Shown: in pieces, positions 43,745-51,542 of the stretch
How the letters are laid out: each line of letters starts with the position of its first letter
How positions within the stretch are numbered: position 1 is the stretch's first letter
Assembly: GCA_044221725.1 (NCBI GenBank)
Contig: JBGAON010000001.1
Span: 224,001 to 288,000 of the forward strand
Source: Elusimicrobiota bacterium
GTDB taxonomy: Bacteria > Elusimicrobiota > Elusimicrobia > F11
Direction of reading: 5' to 3'
Length of the DNA: 64,000 nt
The notes under the pieces: generated by a model
What the model saw: the letters and a program-made list of their open reading frames with translations, nothing else
Databases searched by the model: none
Told to the model about the DNA's origin: nothing
Program-made: the position numbers and the translations under genes

Positions 43745-44548
43745 ATGAAATTTCCCTCCTCTCGAAAACGGCTCTCAATAATTTTGGTTTCTTTTTTAAT
43801 TGCCCCTATTGGCTGTGTGTCCAAAACACGGTTGCGCAAGACTCTTGTTGAGAACCCTGACATTCTGTCGGACGTCATTCAAAAGAATCCCGATGAATTT
43901 ATAAACGCTTATAAAGTAGCCGCCTCGGCGGTGAGGCAGAAAGAAGCAGCCGAAAAAGCCAAAGAAGAAAAGCTGCGCCGCTACGCCGAATTCGCGGACC
44001 CGAAAAAACCGGTTGTCGAAAAGGACCGCGCCATTCGGGGAAACATAAGTGCGCCGATTCTCATTGTTTGCTACTCCGATTTCCAGTGCCAGTATTGCAA
44101 GCACGGGTTTCAAAATATTGCGGAAGTTCGGGCAAAATACGAAGACAAAGTTTGTTACGTGCACAAAAATTTTCCTTTGCCGTTTCATCCCATGGCCATG
44201 CCCGCCGCGTTGCGTTTTGAAGCGATCGCCCTTCAAAGCGCTGACAAGGCCTACCAATTCCACGATGCCATTTTTATCGACCAGCAACGGCTGGCTGCTG
44301 ATGGGGAAAAATTTTTGGATGAAATAGCAAAGGGTCTTGGTGTCGATATGAAGCGCATGAAAAAGGATCTCACGTCGGATGTTGTGAAGAAGCGCATCGC
44401 TGACGACACAGCCGAAGCAAAAGGATTTGACTTCGATGGCACGCCGGGTTTTATTGTGAGCGGGGTGCGATTTTTTGGCGCTGTTGCGCCGGCCGAGTTT
44501 GAGGATATTATCGACCGGCGGCTTAACGAACTCGAGCCCAAAAAATAA
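43745..44548 (+). CDS. DsbA/BdbD-family thiol-disulfide oxidoreductase, probable lipoprotein
   Basis: YSDFQCQYC (CxxC), HKNFPL, GTPGF cis-Pro loop; N-terminal hydrophobic stretch ending PIGC. Confidence 0.85.
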   Translation: MKFPSSRKRLSIILVSFLIAPIGCVSKTRLRKTLVENPDILSDVIQKNPDEFINAYKVAASAVRQKEAAEKAKEEKLRRYAEFADPKKPVVEKDRAIRGNISAPILIVCYSDFQCQYCKHGFQNIAEVRAKYEDKVCYVHKNFPLPFHPMAMPAALRFEAIALQSADKAYQFHDAIFIDQQRLAADGEKFLDEIAKGLGVDMKRMKKDLTSDVVKKRIADDTAEAKGFDFDGTPGFIVSGVRFFGAVAPAEFEDIIDRRLNELEPKK

Positions 44549-46693
44549 TTACGTCTTCGAGAATCGAAACTCGCCCGTTTTTTCGCTGACGCCCACCATA
44601 ATTTTGTCGCCGTCTTTTACGGCGCCTTTCAGTAGCTCGAGCGCAAGCTTGTCCTGAATTTCGCGCTGCAACAAGCGGCGCAGAGGCCGCGCTCCAAACT
44701 CCGAATCAAATCCTTCGTCAGCCAATTTTGTTTTGGCGCTTTTATCGATCGTCAGCGTGATTCCGCGGCGCTCGAGTTTTTCGGATAGGTCGCGCAACTG
44801 CAAATCGACAATCTTGCCGATATCGGATTTGCTGAGTTTGTTGAACACGATGATCTCGTCAATGCGATTGATGAGTTCTGGTCGGAAATTTCGTTTCAAC
44901 TCTTCGGTCACCTTTTTCTCGAGCGTCTGCTTCGGCAGATTTTCTTGAAACAAAGGACTGCCGATGTTTGACGTCATGATGATCACCGAGTTCTTGAAGT
45001 TGACCACGCGCCCTTGGCCGTCGGTCAGCCGACCGTCCTCCAAGATTTGCAGGAGCACGTTAAATACTTCGGGATGTGCTTTTTCAATTTCGTCAAACAG
45101 AATGACGGCGTAAGGACGCCGACGTATCTTCTCTGTCAGTTGTCCGCCTTCTTCGTAACCCACGTAGCCCGGGGGCGCGCCGATGAGCCGGCTCACCGAA
45201 TGTTTTTCCATGTATTCAGACATGTCGATGCGCACAAGCGCGGTCTCATCATCAAACAAAAACCAAGCAAGCGTTTTTGCGAGGTAGGTTTTTCCCACGC
45301 CGGTGGGTCCCATGAAAATAAAGGATCCCTGCGGACGGTTCGGATCCGCCAAACCGGAACGCGAGCGGCGAATGGCGTTTGAAATGAGTTCCACCGCTTC
45401 GTCTTGACCCACGATCCGTTCTTTAAGTTTTTCGTCCATGTGGACGAGTTTGTCGAGTTCGCCTTCCATGAGTTTCGAAAGCGGAATGCCGGTCCATTTC
45501 GCCACCACCTCAGCAATGTCCTCTTCGTCCACTTCTTCCTTCAACATTTTTTGACTTTTTTGAAGCTCGGAAAGTTTGGCCTGTTCCTTTGCAAGCGTCG
45601 CCTCCAAGTCGCGCAAGGTTCCGTAACGAATCTCTGCCACTTTTTCGAGGCGCCCTTCTTTCTCGAAGCGTTCGCTTTCGATTTTTGCGCGTTCCATGGC
45701 TTCCTTCGTTTTACGGATGCGGTCGATAACTTCCTTTTCGCCGGCCCAGTGCTTTTTCATCTCAGACGATTTGTTTTTGAGTTCCGTCAGTTCTTCACCC
45801 AATTTCTTCAATCGCTCGGCGGACGCCGGATCCTTTTCTTTCTTAAGCGCTTGGTTTTCAATTTCGAGCTGCGTGATCTTCCGGTCCAGCTCGTCGATTT
45901 CCGTCGGCAAGCTGTCGATTTCGATGCGCAACTTGGACGTCGCTTCATCGATCAAGTCGATAGCTTTGTCGGGCAAAAAGCGATCGGAAATATAACGATC
46001 CGATAAAGTCGCTGCGGCCACGAGCGCCGTGTCTTTGATGCGAACGCCGTGGTAAACCTCGTAGCGTTCTTTGAGACCGCGCAAAATAGCAATCGTGTCT
46101 TCAACGGTTGGTTCTCCGATGAAGATTGGTTGAAAGCGCCGTTCAAGCGCCTTGTCTTTTTCGATGTATTTCCGGTATTCGTCGAGAGTGGTAGCACCAA
46201 CGCAGCGAAGTTGGCCGCGTGCCAGCGCGGGTTTCAGCATGTTCGACGCGTCGACCGAGCCCTCGGCCCCTCCGGCGCTAACGATCGTGTGAAGCTCATC
46301 AATAAAAAGAATGACTTCGCCGCCCTTGTCTTCAATTTCTTTTAAGACGGCTTTAAGGCGTTCTTCGAACTCTCCGCGGTATTTTGCACCCGCCACAAGC
46401 GAGCCAATGTCGAGCGCGACAATGCGTCGATTTTTCAGCGTGGTAGGAACATCGCCTTGCGCGATGCGCCGTGCGAGCCCTTCCGCAATCGCCGTTTTGC
46501 CCGTCCCAGGATCGCCAATCAGCACCGGATTGTTTTTGGTACGGCGCGACAAAACCTGGATCGCTCGCCGAATTTCGGCGTCGCGCCCGATAACCGGATC
46601 GAGCTTGCCTTGCTTGGCCAGCTCGGTTAAATCTTTTCCAAAACGCTCCAATGCCGGGCGCTGGTCTTCTTGTTGGCTGGGAGAAATCTGCAT
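44549..46693 (-). CDS. clpB: ClpB disaggregase lacking the N-terminal Clp repeat domain
   Basis: [15 protein letters not shown], Walker A motifs GDPGTGKT and GPTGVGKT, coiled-coil M domain, GARPLRR. AAGGAGG lies just upstream of the ATG at 46693. Confidence 0.92.
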   Translation of the reverse strand: MQISPSQQEDQRPALERFGKDLTELAKQGKLDPVIGRDAEIRRAIQVLSRRTKNNPVLIGDPGTGKTAIAEGLARRIAQGDVPTTLKNRRIVALDIGSLVAGAKYRGEFEERLKAVLKEIEDKGGEVILFIDELHTIVSAGGAEGSVDASNMLKPALARGQLRCVGATTLDEYRKYIEKDKALERRFQPIFIGEPTVEDTIAILRGLKERYEVYHGVRIKDTALVAAATLSDRYISDRFLPDKAIDLIDEATSKLRIEIDSLPTEIDELDRKITQLEIENQALKKEKDPASAERLKKLGEELTELKNKSSEMKKHWAGEKEVIDRIRKTKEAMERAKIESERFEKEGRLEKVAEIRYGTLRDLEATLAKEQAKLSELQKSQKMLKEEVDEEDIAEVVAKWTGIPLSKLMEGELDKLVHMDEKLKERIVGQDEAVELISNAIRRSRSGLADPNRPQGSFIFMGPTGVGKTYLAKTLAWFLFDDETALVRIDMSEYMEKHSVSRLIGAPPGYVGYEEGGQLTEKIRRRPYAVILFDEIEKAHPEVFNVLLQILEDGRLTDGQGRVVNFKNSVIIMTSNIGSPLFQENLPKQTLEKKVTEELKRNFRPELINRIDEIIVFNKLSKSDIGKIVDLQLRDLSEKLERRGITLTIDKSAKTKLADEGFDSEFGARPLRRLLQREIQDKLALELLKGAVKDGDKIMVGVSEKTGEFRFSKT

Positions 46694-46837
46694 TCGGCCT
46701 CCTTTTGGCACTCGAATATTTGGAGCGCTAATTTTGACAAAAAGTTCCGCCCGTTTGAAGAGTGTGTGGGAATTTTCTAAAGAGAAGTCGGTTGAAAATG
46801 GCGGTCCTTATAATAATCAGGAGGAAGTGCAACTCTC

Positions 46838-47734
46838 ATGAAAATACTTATTTCAGGCGCAACAGGAATGGTTGGCCAAAATCTTTACCTGAACTTGGTC
46901 CGAGAAGGACATGACGTTTTCCGGTTAATGCGGTCGGTCAGCAGTGCGGCCGGAACCGATTTGGTGTGGGATCCTCTCACCGGCAAGGCCGAGAGCGCCC
47001 GTTTTGAAGGATTCGATGCTGTTGTGCATTTGGCGGGGGAAAGTATTGCTTCCGGTCGTTGGACCGAAAAACGCAAAAAACGGATTCGCGAAAGCCGTGT
47101 CATCGGCACAAAGAATCTCACAAATATTTTATCGACGCTGAAACACCCTCCTAAAGTTTACGTCGTTGCATCGGCGGTCGGTTTCTACGGAAGTCGGGAT
47201 GCCGAAGTGCTGGACGAACAAAGCAAACCCGGCACGGGCTTTCTAGCGGAGGTTTGTCAGGAATGGGAAGCCGCAACGCAGGATGCTGCTCAAAAAGGAA
47301 TTCGCACGGTGAATCTCCGGTTCGGAATCATTCTGAGTCCAAAAGGAGGCGCGTTGAAAGTAATGTTGTGTCCTTTCAAAGCCGGTGCCGCTGGAATTAT
47401 CGGAGATGGGAAACAGGTGATGAGTTGGATAGCGCTTCCCGACGCTGTTGCAATTATTGAGTCCGCGTTAACAGACACAAAACTGCAAGGCGCCGTTAAT
47501 GTCGTTTCGCCCGATCCCGTTACAAATGCTGTGTTCACTCAGACGTTGGGCGATGTGCTTAAGCGTCCGACCCTCATCCCAATGCCGGCCTTCGCAGCAC
47601 GGATGGCGTTTGGCGAAATGGCCGACGCGCTGCTGTTGTCCAGCGCGCGCGTGTTGCCGAAAAAACTTCAAGCGGCCGGCTACCAATTTAAATTGCCGAC
47701 ATTAAAAATGGCGCTGCAGACGTTACTGCCTTAG
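46838..47734 (+). CDS. TIGR01777 / YfcH-like NAD-dependent epimerase family protein
   Basis: [56 protein letters not shown]. Confidence 0.9.
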   Translation: MKILISGATGMVGQNLYLNLVREGHDVFRLMRSVSSAAGTDLVWDPLTGKAESARFEGFDAVVHLAGESIASGRWTEKRKKRIRESRVIGTKNLTNILSTLKHPPKVYVVASAVGFYGSRDAEVLDEQSKPGTGFLAEVCQEWEAATQDAAQKGIRTVNLRFGIILSPKGGALKVMLCPFKAGAAGIIGDGKQVMSWIALPDAVAIIESALTDTKLQGAVNVVSPDPVTNAVFTQTLGDVLKRPTLIPMPAFAARMAFGEMADALLLSSARVLPKKLQAAGYQFKLPTLKMALQTLLP

Positions 47735-48256
47735 TTACTTTCCGGTCAGAACAATGGGGCCGCAACCAATGCGGCTTCCGGCGTTACCGACGGGTTGCCC
47801 AAAATCGTCTCTCTTCTCATGGAGCACGACCGCGCGGCCGGCGACGTTAAAGTGCGTTCCGGTGAGGCTGACCCCCGGTATCGTCAGGTTGATCGTGGCG
47901 GATCCTTTTTCATCGGCCGTGATGTTTCCGAGGTCGCCGGGATGAACCTTCGATGCGCCGTCCTTTGTAACGAGTCCGTGCGCGTGTTGATCGGGATTAT
48001 AATGACTGCCGGCGTTTTTGCCTTCGTCGCCGCAATCGCCAAATTCGTGAATATGAAATGCGTGTTCGCCGGACGGAATATTTTCCAATGTGCCGCTGAT
48101 TTTTAGGCCTTGAGCGGTGTCTTCAAATTTCAGTTCTCCCGAGATGTCGGACTCTTCTTTTGTTCCTTCAATGGACGCCATGCCGATCGCGCTCCAGGAG
48201 CGAACGGAAAACGAAGTGAGGAGTGTCGCGAAAAGCATCAATTGTTGTGTCTTCAT
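47735..48256 (-). CDS. sodC: Periplasmic Cu/Zn superoxide dismutase
   Basis: Signal peptide; HAFHIHEFGDC, AGSHYNP, H.GDLGNI, GRAVVLHEKRDD, GNAGSRIGCG. Confidence 0.92.
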   Translation of the reverse strand: MKTQQLMLFATLLTSFSVRSWSAIGMASIEGTKEESDISGELKFEDTAQGLKISGTLENIPSGEHAFHIHEFGDCGDEGKNAGSHYNPDQHAHGLVTKDGASKVHPGDLGNITADEKGSATINLTIPGVSLTGTHFNVAGRAVVLHEKRDDFGQPVGNAGSRIGCGPIVLTGK

Positions 48257-48288
48257 AGTTACCTCGATTTTGTAACGATTGAATAATC

Positions 48289-48810
48289 ATGAAAAAAAGC
48301 AAAAATATTATAGAGAAATCGGACTACTTTTGTCGCAGTTTTGATCCGTTTGTTCATCGTACGTCGAGGGTCTTGATCCTCGGTTCGATGCCGGGCCCCG
48401 AAGCGTTGCGCAAACAAGAATTTTATGGATTTACCGGAAATCACTTCTGGACCATCCTGCCGGCGATTCTCGACGAACCGAAATCCAATATATACAAGAA
48501 GAAGCTGTCGATGATGAAAAGAAATCGAATTGCTCTGTGGGATGTCCTTGAGTCCTGCACACGTCCAGGCGCACTGGATAGCTCGATCACCAATGTAGTG
48601 CCAAACCAGATTCCTCGTTTGCTTAAGGAATTTCCAAATATACGAGCGGTGTTTATCAACGGACAGTTCGCGTACAAAACATTTCTCAAATATTTCGCTG
48701 AGCAAATAAAGATTCCGGTCTATGTTTTGCCCTCGACAAGTCCGGCCAACGCGGCGATGCCGCTACAAGAAAAAATTCGTCGGTGGGGTGTCATCCGAGA
48801 ATTTTTGTAG
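48289..48810 (+). CDS. Uracil-DNA glycosylase superfamily (hypoxanthine/deoxyinosine DNA glycosylase-like)
   Basis: LILGSMPG, Y...GNHFW, IALWDV, GALDSSI, NG, LPSTSPANA. Confidence 0.85.
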   Translation: MKKSKNIIEKSDYFCRSFDPFVHRTSRVLILGSMPGPEALRKQEFYGFTGNHFWTILPAILDEPKSNIYKKKLSMMKRNRIALWDVLESCTRPGALDSSITNVVPNQIPRLLKEFPNIRAVFINGQFAYKTFLKYFAEQIKIPVYVLPSTSPANAAMPLQEKIRRWGVIREFL

Positions 48811-48820
48811 GATCTCGCCC

Positions 48821-49339
48821 ATGTTTAAAACTCGTTCTCTCACGGTATCGGCAATGATTCTCATCGCGGCTGTAAGTCGTCTGATCCCACACCCATGGAA
48901 TTTGACACCGGTTGCGGCCATAGCACTTTTTGGCGGTGCGCAATTTTTGGATCGTCGTTCGGCGTTTGTGGTTCCGTTTGCGGCGCTTCTTTTGACAGAT
49001 CTGGTGTTGGGTTTTTATCCGATGATGTTTCTGACGTATGTATGTTTTGGCGCAACGGTTCTCATTGGCCGAACGCTGCGCCAAAATCGCACGGTGTCGA
49101 AAATTATTTTTGCGTCGGTGGCCGCATCGTGGTTGTTCTTTCTTGTTACGAATTTCGGCTGCTGGTTGACGATGGCCGAATATTCGAAAGATCTCACCGG
49201 CCTCGCCGCGTGTTATTCGATGGCCATCCCATTTTTCCGCAACACGCTGATTGGTGACATGTTTTTCTCAGGCGTTTTGTTCGGCAGTTTTGCTCTCTCC
49301 GAAAAGTTTTTCCCTGCTTTGCGCGCACGTTATTCTTAA
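48821..49339 (+). CDS. DUF6580-like small integral membrane putative transporter
   Basis: SRLIPHPWNLTPVAAIALFGGA, FFLVTNFGCW, CYSMAIPFFRNTL. The ATG at 48821 follows the upstream stop. Confidence 0.7.
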   Translation: MFKTRSLTVSAMILIAAVSRLIPHPWNLTPVAAIALFGGAQFLDRRSAFVVPFAALLLTDLVLGFYPMMFLTYVCFGATVLIGRTLRQNRTVSKIIFASVAASWLFFLVTNFGCWLTMAEYSKDLTGLAACYSMAIPFFRNTLIGDMFFSGVLFGSFALSEKFFPALRARYS

Positions 49340-49363
49340 TTGCTTTTCATCCGCCCGAAAGCC

Positions 49364-49392
49364 TTGATTTAAGAGGTCTCTCCCTTTAAATT
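49364..49392 (+). promoter_or_regulatory. Putative sigma70 promoter TTGATT-N17-TAAATT, possibly giving a leaderless pit mRNA
   Basis: -35 at 49364-49369 and -10 at 49387-49392; the ATG at 49399 is 6 nt downstream with no SD. Confidence 0.4.
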
Positions 49393-49398
49393 GGGTTG

Positions 49399-50415
49399 AT
49401 GAATCAACTCAATTTCGTTCACGGAGCGCCGCTCCTTCTGCTTATCCTCGGCTTCCTGTTCGCCTTCAGTAACGGTTTCCGAGACTCGTCCTCAATTGTT
49501 GCCACCGTGGTTTCCACGCGCACGCTTGCGCCGAACGCTGCGTTTTCGTTGTGTGCCGCCTTTGAATTCGTGGGTGCTTTGCTTATTGGCTCGGCGGTCG
49601 CATCGACGGTTCGCAATCGAATCTTTTCAATGGCGATGCCACCAACCCAGCAGGAGGTGGTGCTGACTTCCATTGCGGCGCTTTGCGCCGCTGGTGTTTG
49701 GGGATTCATTAGCTGGTGGCGTGCGTGGCCAACGTCGAACGGGCATGCGTTGCTTGGCGGTTTGACCGGGGCGGGCTCGGCGGCGTGGGGTGTGCAGCAC
49801 ATCCAAAACAAAACTGTTTTTTTTATCGGCTTTATCTTGCTCGCAAGCCCGGTCATTGGTTTTCTGGTTTCTTACGGCGTTACCTCCGTGCTGCGCTGGC
49901 TGGGCGGCTGGTTTACCAAAAAAGCGAAACCGATTACCGACGGCATGCATATACTTTCCTGCATGGCCGTTTCGTGCGCGCATGGCTCCAACGACGGTCA
50001 ATTGGTGATCGGCGTTCTGCTGCCCGTCTTGGGCGGTGTGGCGGGTGCGGCGATTCCTTTTTCGTTGCGTTTTGCGGTGGCCTTGGCCCTTTCTCTCGGC
50101 GTGCTTTTCGGTGGGAGGAGAATTCTGAAAAAGCTTGGCATGAAGTTTTACCGCATCCAGGACACCCAGGGACTGAGCGTCGATATGACCACCGCCGGCA
50201 CCGTGATGGCCTGCGCGGTGGCAGGATTTCCCGCCTCAACGACCCAGGTGATCGCGGGTTCACTGATGGGGGCCGCCGTCGCAAAAAACGCGCGGCGGGC
50301 TCGCTGGCAAGTGGCACAGGAAGTCGCAACATCGTGGCTTGTTACATTCCCAATGGCCGCGCTTTTGGCGTACGTTGCATACGATGTCATTTGTTGGACG
50401 GTGGGCGTGCCATGA
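49399..50415 (+). CDS. pit: PiT-family inorganic phosphate transporter
   Basis: NGFRDSSSIVATVVSTR and HGSNDGQ signature repeats; PASTTQ...GSLMG; W.VT.P; many TMs. Confidence 0.85.
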   Translation: MNQLNFVHGAPLLLLILGFLFAFSNGFRDSSSIVATVVSTRTLAPNAAFSLCAAFEFVGALLIGSAVASTVRNRIFSMAMPPTQQEVVLTSIAALCAAGVWGFISWWRAWPTSNGHALLGGLTGAGSAAWGVQHIQNKTVFFIGFILLASPVIGFLVSYGVTSVLRWLGGWFTKKAKPITDGMHILSCMAVSCAHGSNDGQLVIGVLLPVLGGVAGAAIPFSLRFAVALALSLGVLFGGRRILKKLGMKFYRIQDTQGLSVDMTTAGTVMACAVAGFPASTTQVIAGSLMGAAVAKNARRARWQVAQEVATSWLVTFPMAALLAYVAYDVICWTVGVP

Positions 50416-51014
50416 TGTTTTTTCGGCGGAAAGTGAATTTTTATCGGTTGTTATCGGAGCAGGCACACAAAGTGGAGGAAGGGATGAACGCGCTGCTTAT
50501 TTTTATGCGCGAACCAACGATCCTAAATGGCCGAACTGTGCAACGTCTCGAAGAAGAAGCGGACGAAATTCGAGCAAACATTGCCGAAGAACTGAACAAT
50601 GCGTTCGTAACTCCGATAGACCGCGAAGATATTCACGCGTTGTCCCGATCGGTCGATGACATTATTGATTACGGAAAAACAACGGTTGAAGAGATGATGG
50701 CGTTCGGTGTGAAACCCAACGGTCATTTGTTGTTGATGGCCGAAGCGCTGTGCGAAGCGGCCTCGGCGATCACGAAAGCCATTGGATGCTTGGCACAGAA
50801 CCAAGAAAAAGCAACCGAGTTGGTGCGATTTGCTAAGAAGCGCGAGAACTATGTAGAGCACTGTTACCGCGAAGCGCTCGTGGAACTTTTTAAGACGAAA
50901 AATGTGGTGACGATTCTAAAGGTGCGTGAAATTTATCGCCACATGTCGAACGCGGCCGATCGTGAAGACGAGGCGGCCAATATCGTGAGCAATATTCTTG
51001 TAAAGGCGGCTTGA
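50412..51014 (+). CDS. DUF47 (PhoU-like) phosphate transport regulator
   Basis: LEEEADEI, FVTPIDREDI..LSRSVDDIID, IY..MSNAADR.EDAAN-like tail; ATGA overlap with pit. Confidence 0.88.
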   Translation: MMFFRRKVNFYRLLSEQAHKVEEGMNALLIFMREPTILNGRTVQRLEEEADEIRANIAEELNNAFVTPIDREDIHALSRSVDDIIDYGKTTVEEMMAFGVKPNGHLLLMAEALCEAASAITKAIGCLAQNQEKATELVRFAKKRENYVEHCYREALVELFKTKNVVTILKVREIYRHMSNAADREDEAANIVSNILVKAA

Positions 51015-51392
51015 ATGACGAAACGCGTGTTGATTGTGGACGATGAGGAGTGGATTCGCTCGGTGTTGCAGGATTACCTGGAAGAGTCCGGTTATGACGT
51101 TCGAACGGCCGCGACGTTGTCATTGGCGCGAAGCGAGATGGCGCAACAGCAGTTGCCCGATGTAATGGTCGTGGACATGACGTTGCCCGATGGAACCGGA
51201 ATGAACCTTCTAAGCGAAGTACGAAGCGAGCCCCGTACAAAAGAAATTCCGTTTATTCTTATCACGGCCCATACGCCAACAAAGCAGCAGATTAATGAGA
51301 AACAAAACGGCCCGGATGATCTCATCGTGAAACCGTTTAACTTGAAGGAATTCAAAGCACGCCTCGATAAGCAACTTTCCCTCCGCAGTTAG
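51015..51392 (+). CDS. Single-domain response regulator (CheY-like receiver)
   Basis: VLIVDDE, D-M-T-L-P-D (phospho-Asp), ITA, KPF. Confidence 0.9.
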   Translation: MTKRVLIVDDEEWIRSVLQDYLEESGYDVRTAATLSLARSEMAQQQLPDVMVVDMTLPDGTGMNLLSEVRSEPRTKEIPFILITAHTPTKQQINEKQNGPDDLIVKPFNLKEFKARLDKQLSLRS

Positions 51393-51411
51393 TCGCTGAA
51401 AATACTCGGTT

Positions 51412-51457
51412 TTCTGTAACGAAACCGTAACACCATCGACGGTTCTTTGTTACAGAA
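51412..51457. promoter_or_regulatory. Pho-box-like direct repeat within an imperfect inverted repeat
   Basis: CTGTAAC-gaaa-CCGTAAC (51414-51431, 11-bp period); ttctgtaac (51412-51420) is inverted as gttacagaa (51449-51457). Confidence 0.45.
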
Positions 51458-51542
51458 GATTTACGAGAATTTCATGTGATCTTAAGGTGCACCCGAGTAT
51501 TATTTGAACATGAAAAACAAAACTTCTCTTCGAGGACGAACT

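Noticed and set aside
48722..48820. Longer start for the DUF6580-like gene
   Set aside because: It overlaps the glycosylase gene; the ATG at 48821 fits the family start.
49716..50411. 432-aa ORF extension upstream of DUF47
   Set aside because: It overlaps pit in another frame; DUF47 similarity starts at the ATG at 50412.
51015..51392. Receiver protein as CheY controlling the motor
   Set aside because: It is coupled to the pit-DUF47 operon, and no che genes or FliM are present, so there is no support for a link.
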